Assembly (NCBI GenBank): GCA_031372565.1 | Contig: JANMLN010000174.1 | Location: forward strand, 1-27,155 | Origin: Gemmatimonadota bacterium | Lineage (GTDB): Bacteria; Gemmatimonadota; Gemmatimonadetes; Gemmatimonadales; Gemmatimonadaceae | Direction of reading: 5' to 3' | DNA: 27,155 nt | Shown: positions 9,701 through 18,773 of the stretch, piece by piece | How positions within the stretch are numbered: the stretch's first letter is position 1 | Layout of the letters: each line of letters begins with the position of its first letter | Notes under the pieces: model-generated | The model's input: only the letters and a program-made list of their open reading frames with translations | Databases searched by the model: none | Told to the model about the DNA's origin: nothing | Position numbers and translations under genes: made by a program

Positions 9701-9811
9701 GCGCGGCTCGTGACGCCGGTCATGTACAAGCTGCTGCCGCCGCTCGAGTCGGACGGGAAGCGGGCGAAGGCGGCGGCAGCTCGGGCCGTGACCATCGCCG
9801 CCACCGCATAG
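6716..9811 (+). CDS. RND efflux permease, AcrB/AcrD/AcrF family (1031 aa)
   Basis: Typical size and 12-TM pattern; proton-relay motifs GLLVDDSIVVVEN, GIEIKNSILLVDF, RFVPIVLTTLT. Confidence 0.96.
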   Translation: MKIAEFSVKNVQFTIVAFVALLAAGAWSLVTIPRAEDPTFPFPIFPIVVVYPGASPTDIEQLVVDPIEKRVRGLDGIKKVRSQVEDGLAFIRVEFTFDVDPDKKYDEVVREVNALRPELPSGIVRLTVDKTSAADVNILQAAIVSETAPWHEIDARARTMRDALERIPGIKKAELWGYPKREVEVALDLGKLSALRIPVSQLLQAIGGEALNIPGGAVDAGLRKFNVKTSGSYRSPDEVRNTVIAGVPGASVRVGDVATVRWSYAEQVVTTRLNGKRAIWVTAIMKDKESILAVRDAAWKELDAQAALLPASMTLKHGFDQARNVQARLSRLGEDFLIAILLVLITLLPLGWRASVIVMVSIPLSLAIGVTLLKATGFTINQMSIVGFVIALGLLVDDSIVVVENISRFLREGRSRTEAAIEATRQIGVAVIGTTATLIFAFVPLLMLPGGPGKFIRVMPAAVVFTILASLLVSLTIIPFLSSIVLKREEDPHGNRALQWLNRAIDLTYARWLHAALARPALVLGGAVALFVGSLALIPAIGFSLFPKAGTPQFRVTVSAPEGASLAATERAVAVAERALLANPHVTHVYANIGKGNPQVYYNIWAKNERSNVGELFVLLDKFDPMRTPLWYDSLRTQFEQYAGARIEVKEFENGPPVDAPIAMRVRGTNLDTLRSLASRLEAEMASVQGTRSVVNPVRVSRTDLKLEIDRAKAGLLGVPTAEIDRTVRLALAGLPAGTLRADDGQEYNVAVRLPRGAHAELGALKRTFVPSVTGSLVPLDQLASMRFEASPPVIEHVDGDRSVTVTSDVETGYNTDRVTRTILAKLAKWELPRGYALVAAGEIESREESFGGLGAAILIATFGILAILVLEFKTFRGMLIVASVIPLGVVVGIAALFVAGYSLSFTAIIGFVALIGIEIKNSILLVDFTNQLRVDEGLSLDEAVEKAGKIRFVPIVLTTLTAIGGLLPLALQGSALYSPLASVIIGGLISSTMLARLVTPVMYKLLPPLESDGKRAKAAAARAVTIAATA

Positions 9812-9862
9812 CATGCAGCGCATGCAGGTGCGGCGCGCACTGCGGCAGGCCGTACGCGATTG

Positions 9863-11494
9863 CTACGGCTTGCCGCTCGGCCGCGCGATACTCCAGGCGA
9901 GGTAGGCGCCCAGCGCACTCACGACCGCAAACCCGACCACGAACATTCGACCGGCCCACGTCTGCCAACCGTCGGGCCGGACGACCGCGAGCAGGATCGC
10001 GAGTCCGACAATGAACGCCGACGCCAGCAGGCCGAGCACGAGGCGGTTGGCAAGACGCTCGAGCCGCTGCACCAACGGCTCGACGTCGTCGAGGCGGATT
10101 CCCACCTGCCAGGCGCCCCGCTCGCCGTCGCGCAGGAAGCGGCGCAGCGAGCGCGGGACGTCGGCGGCGAGGAGCGCAGCCTCGAGACCCGCGCGCCGGA
10201 TCGACTTGAGCATGCGCCGGGGCGACGCGCGTAGTCCGAGAATGCGTCGTGCGTACGGTTCGATCAGGTGCGGCAGCCGGAACGACGGATCGAGTTCTTC
10301 GCCGACTCCCTCCGCCATCACCGCGGTCTTGAGCAGCAGCGCGAGGCGCGACGGCAGGACGAGCCCGTGCGTGCGGATCGCGGTGACACAATCGTCCACC
10401 AGCGGCCCGAGCGGCAGCTCGTCGAGCGACATCGCATGGTACTTCCGCAGCATGTGCTCGACGTCGCGCACGAGGAGCTGGCGCTTGATGGCGTGATTGG
10501 CCACGCCCAGGTCGAGCAAGGTGTCCGCGAGGCGTGCCGGGTCGCGGCTGTCCACGGCGAGCAGCAAACCGGCGAGCTCCTCGCGCGTCGCGGCGTCGAC
10601 GCTGCCCATCAACCCGAAGTCGATGAGACCAATGCGCCCGTCGGGCTCGAAGAAGAAGTTGCCCGGGTGCGGATCGGCATGATAGAAGCCGTCCTCGAAG
10701 ACCATCTTGAGCACGACCGTCGCGGCGCGCTCCGCCAGCTCGTGACGGTCGAGTCCCGCAGCCTCGAGCGCTGACGTGTCGAGTGGCTTGATCCCCCGGA
10801 TGCGTTCCATCGTGAGCACCATCGGGGCGGTGCGCGTCCAGTCCACCCACGGCACGTGCAGGCGGGGATCATCGGCAAAGTTGCGCTGTATGCGCTCGAT
10901 GTTGCGCGCCTCGGCGAGGTAGTCGAGTTCGCTCAGCAGCCCGTTCGCGAACTCGTCCACGATGGCGCGCAGGTCGTAGCGCTCGGCCAGTTCCCAATGC
11001 GCGTGCGCGACGTCGGCCAGGTGCCGCATCGTGTCGAGGTCCGACTTCACCTGCTCCACGACGCCGGGGCGACGCACCTTGACCACCACGTCGCGGCCGT
11101 CCGGGAGTACGGCCGCGTGCACCTGTCCGATCGAAGCCGCCGCGAGCGGCACGGGATCGAGCGAGGCGAACAGCTCCTCGACCGGGCGACCGAGCGAGTC
11201 CTCGATACGGGCGCTCACCTGCGTGAACGGGATCGGTGTCACGTCGTCCTGCAGCCGCGCGAGCTCGGTCCGGTACTCGGGTGGCAGCAGGTCGCCGCGG
11301 GTGGACAAGACCTGCCCGAGCTTCACGAAGGTGGCGCCGAGCTCCTGCAACGCCTCCCGCACGTGCGTGGGCCGTGCGTTGCCGCCGCCGGGGCCGTGGC
11401 CCGTGACGAACCCCAAGCCATGCCGCGCCAGCACGGCAGTGATGTGCCGCGTGCGCGGCGGAAGCCACGGGGCCGGAGGGTGGGCGGTTGACAC
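9863..11494 (-). CDS. UbiB/AarF/ABC1 family atypical kinase-like protein
   Basis: KxGQ motif (FVKLGQVLSTRGDLLP), A-rich loop AAASIGQVH, VVVKV, HADPHPGN, DFG, two C-terminal TM helices. Start uncertain (GTG 11494 vs 11524). Confidence 0.93.
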   Translation of the reverse strand: MSTAHPPAPWLPPRTRHITAVLARHGLGFVTGHGPGGGNARPTHVREALQELGATFVKLGQVLSTRGDLLPPEYRTELARLQDDVTPIPFTQVSARIEDSLGRPVEELFASLDPVPLAAASIGQVHAAVLPDGRDVVVKVRRPGVVEQVKSDLDTMRHLADVAHAHWELAERYDLRAIVDEFANGLLSELDYLAEARNIERIQRNFADDPRLHVPWVDWTRTAPMVLTMERIRGIKPLDTSALEAAGLDRHELAERAATVVLKMVFEDGFYHADPHPGNFFFEPDGRIGLIDFGLMGSVDAATREELAGLLLAVDSRDPARLADTLLDLGVANHAIKRQLLVRDVEHMLRKYHAMSLDELPLGPLVDDCVTAIRTHGLVLPSRLALLLKTAVMAEGVGEELDPSFRLPHLIEPYARRILGLRASPRRMLKSIRRAGLEAALLAADVPRSLRRFLRDGERGAWQVGIRLDDVEPLVQRLERLANRLVLGLLASAFIVGLAILLAVVRPDGWQTWAGRMFVVGFAVVSALGAYLAWSIARPSGKP

Positions 11495-11676
11495 GTCAGA
11501 AGTGAGCGCGAAGACCTCGAGCAAGGCGGCGGGGCAGACGCCCCGATCAGCCTTCCCAAAGATGTCGACTGGACGGAGTGCGCGTCGTCGGCGGATTCCG
11601 GCAAACTGCCCGGGAATCCCCCGCAGGCCTCAACACCGATCCGGCCGATCGACGGGCGGCTCGCGCGTCGACGGCG

Positions 11677-12951
11677 TCAGCTGACCGTCTTGGTCTTCCG
11701 CTTGAGGAAGTCCATCAGGATGAACTGCCCGAGGGTCATCGTGTTGGTGAAGTACGCCTTGCCGCGGCTGATGGCCGACATCTCCTTGACGAACTCCACC
11801 AGCGCCCGGTCGCGCGCAAGCATGAAGGTGTTGATGACGATCCCGCTCTTGCGGCAGTTGCCGACCTCGCGAATGGTCTCGGCGATCACGCTCGCATCGA
11901 GTCCCATCGAGTTCTTGTAGATGCGGCCGTCGGGCATGGTGAGCGCACTCGGCTTGCCGTCGGTGATCATCACGATCTGACGCATGTCCTTCTTCTGCGC
12001 CATGAGCAGCCGCTGTGCGAGCTTGAGCCCTTCCTTGGTGTTCGTGTGGTAGGGGCCCACCTGCGCCTTGGCCAGCGACGCAATGGGGATCTCCTCCGCC
12101 GAGTCGTGAAAGAGCACGACCTTGATCGTGTCGCCCGGGAACTGGGTCTTGATCAGGTGCGCGAGCGCGAGCGCCACCTTCTTGGCGGGGGTAAAGCGGT
12201 CCTCGCCATAGAGAATCATCGAGTGCGAGCAGTCGAGCATGAGCACGGTGGCGCAGCTCGAGCGGTACTCCGCCTGCCGCACCATCAGGTCGGGATAGTC
12301 CAGGTCGAATGGCACCTCGAGCGATCCGGTCCGGGCCAGCGTGTTCTTGAGCGTCTCGTTGACATCGAGGTTGAGCACGTCGCCGAACTCGTAGGGCTTG
12401 CTCCAGCCATCCGCCTCGACGCCCGTGGCCAGATACGGCGTGTCGTGGCTGCCGAAGTTGGCCTTGCCGAGCGAGCCGAGGAGGTGCCGAAGCGTCTTGT
12501 GGCCGAGGAAGTCGATCCCCTTCTCGGTGAGGTTGAACTGGACGTCCTTGGCCGCGGCCTGCGCGAGGCTGCCCTTGCCCGTGACCGGCTGGTGCGAGTC
12601 GGGCATCATGGGGGGCGCCTCGAGATTCAGGTACCCTTCACCCACGAGCCGCTGGATGAGCTCGTCGAGCATCTTGGCCAGTTTGGCCTGTGCGTCCTCG
12701 TCCCCATCGCCGCGCAGCGCCTCGAGCATCTCGGGGGTGAACTGGCCGCTGTCGAAGAGCGCCTGCAGGATGGCTTCCTTGAGGGCGTCCATCGAGCGGT
12801 CCTGCATCCCGTCCTCGTCACCCCAATAGGGGTCCTTCGAACCGCCGAAGCCGGATTGCAGCAGGAAGTCGGCGAGCTTGTCGAGCAGCGCCTGCAGGTC
12901 GACAGCGTCGGCCAGCTCAGGGCTGAACTTGGAGTACGAGTGAGAGCGCAT
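11677..12951 (-). CDS. VWA (MIDAS) domain protein, likely partner of chelatase-clade AAA+ ATPase
   Basis: C-terminal VWA with MIDAS DCSHS, HTN and ITDG; preceding [15 protein letters not shown] segment; ATG 12951 (MRSHSYSKF). Confidence 0.88.
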   Translation of the reverse strand: MRSHSYSKFSPELADAVDLQALLDKLADFLLQSGFGGSKDPYWGDEDGMQDRSMDALKEAILQALFDSGQFTPEMLEALRGDGDEDAQAKLAKMLDELIQRLVGEGYLNLEAPPMMPDSHQPVTGKGSLAQAAAKDVQFNLTEKGIDFLGHKTLRHLLGSLGKANFGSHDTPYLATGVEADGWSKPYEFGDVLNLDVNETLKNTLARTGSLEVPFDLDYPDLMVRQAEYRSSCATVLMLDCSHSMILYGEDRFTPAKKVALALAHLIKTQFPGDTIKVVLFHDSAEEIPIASLAKAQVGPYHTNTKEGLKLAQRLLMAQKKDMRQIVMITDGKPSALTMPDGRIYKNSMGLDASVIAETIREVGNCRKSGIVINTFMLARDRALVEFVKEMSAISRGKAYFTNTMTLGQFILMDFLKRKTKTVS

Positions 12952-13058
12952 GATGCCTGAAACGTGGAGGCCGGGGCGGTCGGACCACAATCCCCGTGCA
13001 GGCAAACCCCGCGGCATGGCGCTGCGTTCCCCAGTGTATCCGGGACTAACTTCCCTCG

Positions 13059-14294
13059 ATGCCGGCTCGCGCCGCACGCAATCCATTTGGCGCCCTCCGC
13101 CGCCACCGCAACTTCCGGCTCTTCTGGATCGGGCAGACGCTGTCCCTCATCGGCAGCTGGATGCAGGGCATGGCGCAGGGGTGGTACGCGCTCGAGCTGT
13201 CGAACAGTGCGTTTCTGGTGGGCTTGGTGGCCGCGGCAGGCTCGCTGCCGGTACTCCTGTTCTCTTTTCCCGCCGGCGCGCTGGTCGACCGGGTGCGAAA
13301 GCTGCGCCTGGTGACCTTCATGCAGGCCGGGTTCCTCGTGCAGGCCGCGCTCCTCTGGTGGTTCACGTGGACCGGGCAGATGACAATCGGCGGGCTGCTC
13401 GTCCTCGCGACGATCGGCGGACTGCTGGGTGCCTTCGAGATACCCGCGCGGCAGTCGCTCGTGATCGAGTTCGTCGGGCGGGACGACTTGCAGGACGCGA
13501 TCGCGCTCAACTCGAGCGGCTTCAACCTCGCGCGCGTGGTGGGTCCCGCGATCGCGGCACTCGTGATCGCCCGACTCGGGCTCGCCTGGTGCTTCGCCCT
13601 CAATGCGCTCTCGTTCGTGACGGTGCTGGTGAGCCTGTTCATGATCCGGCTGCCCGAGGGCGCAGATGCGCCGGCGGGTGAAGGGGCGCTCACGGGTGTG
13701 GCAGCCCTGCGCGAAGGGGTGCGCTACGTGCGCGAGACGCGCGCGGTTCGTGGCCTGCTCGGCTTGATCGGGGTCTACGCCGTGCTCGGTGGTCCCTACC
13801 TGACGCTCATGCCCGTGATCGCGCGCGATCAACTCGGGCTGCAGGCTGGTGGCTATGGCCTGCTGCTCTCGAGCGTCGGCGTGGGTGGCGTGCTGGGTGC
13901 GCTGGTCCTCGCCGCCCTCAGCACGCGCGCCGAGCGCGGGCGGTTGCTGCTGCGTTCGGCGATCGGTTTCAGCGTCTGCCTGATCGTGTTCGCGGCCACG
14001 CGCACGGCGTCGGTTGCCGTGGCCGTGCTGGCGTGCACCGGCTTCCTGATGATCATTGTCAATGCGGTGGCCAATGGCCTGCTGCAGACGATCGTCCCCG
14101 ACCGGTTGCGCGGCCGCATGATGGCGGCGTACTCGTTTCTCGTTGTCGGGCTGTCGCAGGTGGTGGGAGCGTTCGCGGCTGGTGCGGTCGCGCATGCCGT
14201 CGGCGCGGACTGGGCCGTGGGCGGCGCCGCGGTGCTCATGCTGATGGCGACGCTGGCCGCTCGCGTGCGCTATCCCGAACTGCGGCAGCTCTGA
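13059..14294 (+). CDS. MFS transporter (MFS_3/DUF894-like)
   Basis: PFGALRRHRNFRLFWIGQTLSLIGSWMQ, motif A GALVDRVRKLR, FNLARVVGPAIA, VPDRLRGR; about 12 hydrophobic segments. Confidence 0.93.
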   Translation: MPARAARNPFGALRRHRNFRLFWIGQTLSLIGSWMQGMAQGWYALELSNSAFLVGLVAAAGSLPVLLFSFPAGALVDRVRKLRLVTFMQAGFLVQAALLWWFTWTGQMTIGGLLVLATIGGLLGAFEIPARQSLVIEFVGRDDLQDAIALNSSGFNLARVVGPAIAALVIARLGLAWCFALNALSFVTVLVSLFMIRLPEGADAPAGEGALTGVAALREGVRYVRETRAVRGLLGLIGVYAVLGGPYLTLMPVIARDQLGLQAGGYGLLLSSVGVGGVLGALVLAALSTRAERGRLLLRSAIGFSVCLIVFAATRTASVAVAVLACTGFLMIIVNAVANGLLQTIVPDRLRGRMMAAYSFLVVGLSQVVGAFAAGAVAHAVGADWAVGGAAVLMLMATLAARVRYPELRQL

Positions 14295-14336
14295 AAACGA
14301 ACCGACCCCGGCACGCACGAGGCGCGCCGGGGCCGA
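14295..14336 (-). terminator. Intrinsic terminator of the TonB-dependent receptor gene (possibly bidirectional)
   Basis: Minus strand cggccccggcgcgc-ctcgt-gcgtgccggggtcg stem (with G:U pairs) followed by gttcgtttt, between convergent genes. Confidence 0.7.
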
Positions 14337-14359
14337 CCGTACGACGGTGTGCTGCGACG

Positions 14360-16474
14360 CTACTTCCGCCGGAACTCGAGTGTCATCAGCAGCGTGCGCG
14401 GCATCCCGGTTTCGAGGTAGAGCGGCACCCCCGCCACCACATCCGGATTGAGGTAGCCGCTCGACGCATACTTGGCGTCGAAGAGGTTCTCGACGCTGAA
14501 CGCGCCCGCCAGCGAGAAGCCGCTCGAACTCGCGATCTCGCGCGAGCGCAGCGTCAGGTTCCAGAAGGCGCTGCGCGGCACGCCCACGCGGTTGGCGTCG
14601 TCGACATAGTAGCCGCCCGTCGCCTGCACGCCGAGGCCAGCCGAGAGTGCGGAGAAGCCCGGAATGGCGTAGTCCGCCTGCAGGTTGCCCATCCAGCGCG
14701 GCAGGCCGACAATCCGGTTGTCGCTGTAGTTCGCGATGAAGCCCGGCCGGCCGTAGTGGACCGAGTCCACCTTGTAGTCGGTGTACGTATTCTCGGAGAT
14801 CGTCGCGGCGCCGGAGAGAGTCAGTCCGAAGGTGGTCCGGGCGCGGACCCCCAGCTCGAGCCCCATGCGGCGCGCCTTGCCGGCCGTGAAGTAGAAGCGG
14901 CCACCGCGGTACGGGACGATCTCGTTGGTCACGTCGATGTAGTACGCGGCCGCGTCGTACTCGAGCCCGGAAAAGCCGAGCGGACCGAGTGCGAAGGCGC
15001 CGAGTGCATGCTTGGTGCCCACCTCGTACGTCGTGGAGCGCACGGGTTCGAGGAGCGGGTTGATGGCCGTGACCGTGTCCTGCCCGAAGGTGCTGGCCGG
15101 ATCGGTCTCGTTGCCGGCCGGTACCTCAATACCGCCGCCGACGCTCGCGTACACGCTGTGGCGCTCACCCAACCGGTAGCTGATGCCCACCTTCGGGATC
15201 AGGCCGTTGAACCGCTTGGACGCGTCGACCTTCGGTGTGATGAAGCTCTGGTAGTCGTAGCTGATGTTGTCGTTGCGGAGTCCGAGCGTCACCGTCCACT
15301 GGCCGAAATCGAGCTGGTCCTGCACGAAGAGGCCGACGTTCGTGGCCCCTTCACGCTTGTTGTCGCGCAGCGTGGTGCCGCGTCCGTTGCTGGCGGACAG
15401 GTTGTAGAAGAGGATCGCGCCATCCTGGTACGCGGCGTCGAGTCCGGCGCTGAACCGGTGCGTGAGCCCCTCGGCGATCGCGCCGGACAGGTTGTACGTC
15501 GCGCTGGCGCCGGTGTGCGTACGCGTGAAGTCGCGGAAGGTGCCGCGCTCCGAGCGCTGCAGGAACTTGGGCGTGATGTAGGCCATCGCCGTGATCGTCT
15601 GCGCATCGCTCAGGCGATGATTGAGCGATACGCCGAGGCGCGCCATCCGGTTGTACCGGCGCTCCTGGCGCGCGGCGTACGTCGCGTTCGGCTGGGACGG
15701 GTCGGCTGCGAACTGCGCATCGCTGAGCGGCCCCGGGACGAAGAACAGGTTGCTGGTGCCAAGCAGGTGCACGCCCAGCTCCGTGGCGTCGCTGATCGGT
15801 CCCTCGTAGCCTGCGGTGAGCATCTGGCGCTCGTTCTGCGAGTTGCCGCGGTAGCCGTCGTACTTCGTGGTGATGACCGACGCGGACACGCGCCCGGCTC
15901 CGGCCGTCGACGCCGCCTGCACCATGTGGCGCTGGTAGCCGTACGAGCCGAAGAGCGTGCGCACCGTGGTGCCGAGCTGGTCGGGACCGGGCATGGTCGT
16001 CACGTTGACCAATCCACCCGACGCGTTGCCCCACAGGGCGCTCGCGTTGGACCGAACGACCTCGACCGACGACGCTGCCCAGAGGTCGAACTCGTCGAGT
16101 GACGTGCGGCCATCCGGCTCGGTCTCGGGGATGCCGTCAATCAGGAAGCGGACGCCGCGCGTCGTGCCGGAATTCGACCGGTCGCCGGCCCCGCGTGACC
16201 CGTAGCCGCGGATCGTGATGCGCACGTCCATGCCGCCATTCCGCGACTGCGCCAGCACGCCGGGCGCGAGATTGAGCGCATCCGACATGCCGATCCCGAG
16301 TCGAGAGGACCAGTCAGCCGGCTTGATCGAGGTGGTGGACAGCGGCGTCTTGTACGGATCGCGACCCGTGCGCTGCGTCGTGACGGTGACGGTCGGGAGC
16401 TTGGTGGTGTCACCCTGCTGTGCGCCCAGCGGTGCGGCAGCAGCGACGAGCGCTAAAGCGAAACAACGGCGCAT
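14360..16474 (-). CDS. TonB-dependent receptor, YncD-like
   Basis: Signal peptide MRRCFALALVAAAAPLGAQ; TonB-box-like LPTVTVT; plug ITIRGYG…LIDGIPETEPDG…VEVVRSNASALWGNASGGLVNVTT; barrel end VENLFDAKY…GMPRTLLMTLEF. Confidence 0.93.
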   Translation of the reverse strand: MRRCFALALVAAAAPLGAQQGDTTKLPTVTVTTQRTGRDPYKTPLSTTSIKPADWSSRLGIGMSDALNLAPGVLAQSRNGGMDVRITIRGYGSRGAGDRSNSGTTRGVRFLIDGIPETEPDGRTSLDEFDLWAASSVEVVRSNASALWGNASGGLVNVTTMPGPDQLGTTVRTLFGSYGYQRHMVQAASTAGAGRVSASVITTKYDGYRGNSQNERQMLTAGYEGPISDATELGVHLLGTSNLFFVPGPLSDAQFAADPSQPNATYAARQERRYNRMARLGVSLNHRLSDAQTITAMAYITPKFLQRSERGTFRDFTRTHTGASATYNLSGAIAEGLTHRFSAGLDAAYQDGAILFYNLSASNGRGTTLRDNKREGATNVGLFVQDQLDFGQWTVTLGLRNDNISYDYQSFITPKVDASKRFNGLIPKVGISYRLGERHSVYASVGGGIEVPAGNETDPASTFGQDTVTAINPLLEPVRSTTYEVGTKHALGAFALGPLGFSGLEYDAAAYYIDVTNEIVPYRGGRFYFTAGKARRMGLELGVRARTTFGLTLSGAATISENTYTDYKVDSVHYGRPGFIANYSDNRIVGLPRWMGNLQADYAIPGFSALSAGLGVQATGGYYVDDANRVGVPRSAFWNLTLRSREIASSSGFSLAGAFSVENLFDAKYASSGYLNPDVVAGVPLYLETGMPRTLLMTLEFRRK

Positions 16475-16637
16475 GAATCCATGGCGGGACAGAGGAAGCG
16501 GATTGCTACACAATCAGCTACTCGCTCTACGTGCGCCAGTCCCGTTGCGTTGTCCTTGTACGCTCGATGCGCCTTCGAACCCGTCATGCCACCGACGGCG
16601 CGCACACGATCGCGTGGCGTGCGCCTCGCCACGACGC

Positions 16638-17132
16638 TTACAGCAAGCGATGACGCAGGTGCTCGACCACGGGGAATCCCAGGGCCTCCCAGGCCGCCGC
16701 GGCACCGGCGTTTGCAGCGTCGGCATGCAGTCGGACCTCCACGAGTCCGCGGGCACGACACCACGCGATCGCATGCTCGACCAGCAGGCGCAGCACCCCC
16801 TCGCCTCGCGCATCGGGACGCACGTACGCACTCGCGAGATAACCGTAACGGGTCGGGAGCAGGAGCGGTGACCCTCGCGTTTCCGACACGCGCAGACAAC
16901 CCACCGGCGCGCCGTTGCGCTCCGCGAGCAGGCAGGCCTGCTCCGGTTCCTCCAGCTGCCGCGCGAACAGGACCCGCGCTCGCGACTCGACGTCCGCTCG
17001 GAGGCGGCCGTACACGGGACTGTCGGCATGCTCGCGCAGCAGCGCCACGCGCAACTGCACCAGCGTCTCGACGTCGGCCGCCCCCGCAACCCGCACGGTC
17101 ACGGCGCCCGCCGTGGTGGACAGCCGGCGCAT
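16638..17132 (-). CDS. GNAT family N-acetyltransferase
   Basis: YLASAYVRPDARGEGV (acetyl-CoA motif A) and NAGAAAAWEALGF (motif B). Start is ATG 17132 or GTG 17180. Confidence 0.88.
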   Translation of the reverse strand: MRRLSTTAGAVTVRVAGAADVETLVQLRVALLREHADSPVYGRLRADVESRARVLFARQLEEPEQACLLAERNGAPVGCLRVSETRGSPLLLPTRYGYLASAYVRPDARGEGVLRLLVEHAIAWCRARGLVEVRLHADAANAGAAAAWEALGFPVVEHLRHRLL

Positions 17133-17300
17133 GACGCCACTGCGACGGACCGAGGCACTGCGTCGGGCCGAGCCGGTCACGTCGGCGGTCTCAGGTAACG
17201 CCGACTCGCATCGTTACGGGACATGACGTGAAAAGTGCGCCGCATGGACCGGAACCGCCAGCCACGCGACGCACCGCCAACGATCACTGCACGACAGGCC

Positions 17301-18773
17301 TCAGCCGTTCAGGCCGCCGAAGATGTCCTCGTTCGGGCGACGCCGCTTCTCCTTCTCGGAGCGGCCGTAGGTCCCCCCCGCGTTGCGCGAAATGCGCCGG
17401 CGCGCAACGAGCGACTCGAGCACCAACTCGCACGCCCCGACCGCCGCGAGCGGGTCCTTCGCCATCGCCAGCCCGACGCGCTCGACCAGCGACACCAGCC
17501 CCGGCACGACCGAGAGTCCGGTGAGCGCGGCTTCGGCGCTCGCATCGTCGCCAACCGAGAGCGCGGCGCCGGCATCGAACCACATCACGATGTCGTCCGT
17601 GTTCACTCCTTCGGCCCGCTCCTTGAAGGTGGCGTCGGCCGCACGACGGATCAGCTCCGACGCGATCGCGTGCGCGCCAACCAGCTCGCCCTCGTACTCG
17701 AGTTCGATCTTGCCCGTGATGGCGGGCAGCGCGGCGTATAGGTCGGAGAAGCGCGGCACCACTTCCCGCTCGCCGTTGGAGAGCGCACGCCGCTCCGCGT
17801 TCGACACCACGTTTTCGAGCAGGGTGATCGGGAGGCGCTGCGAGACGCCCGAGCGCTTGTCGATCCGCTTGTCCATGCGCGCCTCGAAGGCGACGCGCTC
17901 CACGACCTCGGCGATGAAGTCGGGGACGCGCACGGGGGACCCGCCCCGGTTCATCCACGCCTCCTGCTTCGTGATCTGCATGCCGATGTCGACCGTCTCG
18001 GGGTAGTGCGTCAGGATCTCCGAGCCGATGCGGTCCTTGAGTGGCGTGATGATCTTGCCGCGCGCCGTGTAATCCTCGGGGTTGGCCGTGAAGCAGAGCA
18101 GCACGTCGAGCGGCAGCCGGACCGGGTAGCCTTTGATCTGGACGTCCCCTTCCTGCATGATGTTGAACAGCCCCACCTGCACCTTGCCGGCGAGGTCGGG
18201 CAGTTCGTTGAGCGCGAAGATGCCGCGGTTCGCGCGCGGCAGCATGCCGTAGTTGATCGTGAGCTCATCCGAGAGCAGGTGGCCGCCACGCGCCGCCTTG
18301 ATCGGATCCACGTCGCCGATGATGTCGGCCACGGTCACGTCCGGCGTCGCGAGCTTCTCGACATACCGCTGGTCGCGGTGCACCCACGCAATCGGGGCAT
18401 CGTCCCCCGCTTCCGCGATCAGCTGGCGGCCATACTTGGAGATCGGGCCGAACGGGCTGTCGTTGATTTCGCTCCCGGCGAGCACGGGCATCTCCGGATC
18501 GAGCAGCGTGACCAGCGCGCGCACCAGCCGCGACTTGGCCTGCCCGCGCAACCCGAGCAGGATGAAGTTGTGCCGCGAGAGCAGGGCGTTGACGACCTGC
18601 GGCATCACGGTGTCCTCGTAGCCGAGCACGCCATCGAACAGCGGACCACCCGCGGCGATCTTCGCCATCAAGTTGACGCGCAGTTCATCCTTCACGCGGC
18701 GGTGAGCACGGTTGGCAGCGCCCCAGGGCGAAGCCTTGAGGGCGCCGAGGGTCTCGGGGAGGCGGGTCGTCAT
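17301..18773 (-). CDS. AAA+ ATPase of the magnesium-chelatase-like/MoxR-related clade
   Basis: Walker A-like GLRGQAKS, EKLATPDVTVADIIGDVDPIKAA, RANRGIFALNELPDL, TANPEDYTARGKIITPLKDRIGS; ATG 18773 (MTTRLPETLG). Confidence 0.9.
   Translation of the reverse strand: MTTRLPETLGALKASPWGAANRAHRRVKDELRVNLMAKIAAGGPLFDGVLGYEDTVMPQVVNALLSRHNFILLGLRGQAKSRLVRALVTLLDPEMPVLAGSEINDSPFGPISKYGRQLIAEAGDDAPIAWVHRDQRYVEKLATPDVTVADIIGDVDPIKAARGGHLLSDELTINYGMLPRANRGIFALNELPDLAGKVQVGLFNIMQEGDVQIKGYPVRLPLDVLLCFTANPEDYTARGKIITPLKDRIGSEILTHYPETVDIGMQITKQEAWMNRGGSPVRVPDFIAEVVERVAFEARMDKRIDKRSGVSQRLPITLLENVVSNAERRALSNGEREVVPRFSDLYAALPAITGKIELEYEGELVGAHAIASELIRRAADATFKERAEGVNTDDIVMWFDAGAALSVGDDASAEAALTGLSVVPGLVSLVERVGLAMAKDPLAAVGACELVLESLVARRRISRNAGGTYGRSEKEKRRRPNEDIFGGLNG

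Noticed and set aside
11593..11619. Hairpin ggattcc-ggca-aac-tgcc-cg-ggaatcc as terminator of the VWA gene
   Set aside because: The stem is real but has no U-tract on either strand, so it cannot be called a terminator.
17138..17173. Degenerate 2x18-bp tandem repeat at the GNAT 5' end
   Set aside because: 15/18 identity, two copies only; consistent with local slippage in a low-complexity N-terminus or leader.
11677..18773. ChlI/ChlD magnesium chelatase implying phototrophy
   Set aside because: No chlH/bchH or photosynthesis genes are present. The VWA protein lacks the ChlD AAA-like N-terminus and Pro-rich linker, and the ATPase Walker motifs differ from ChlI.
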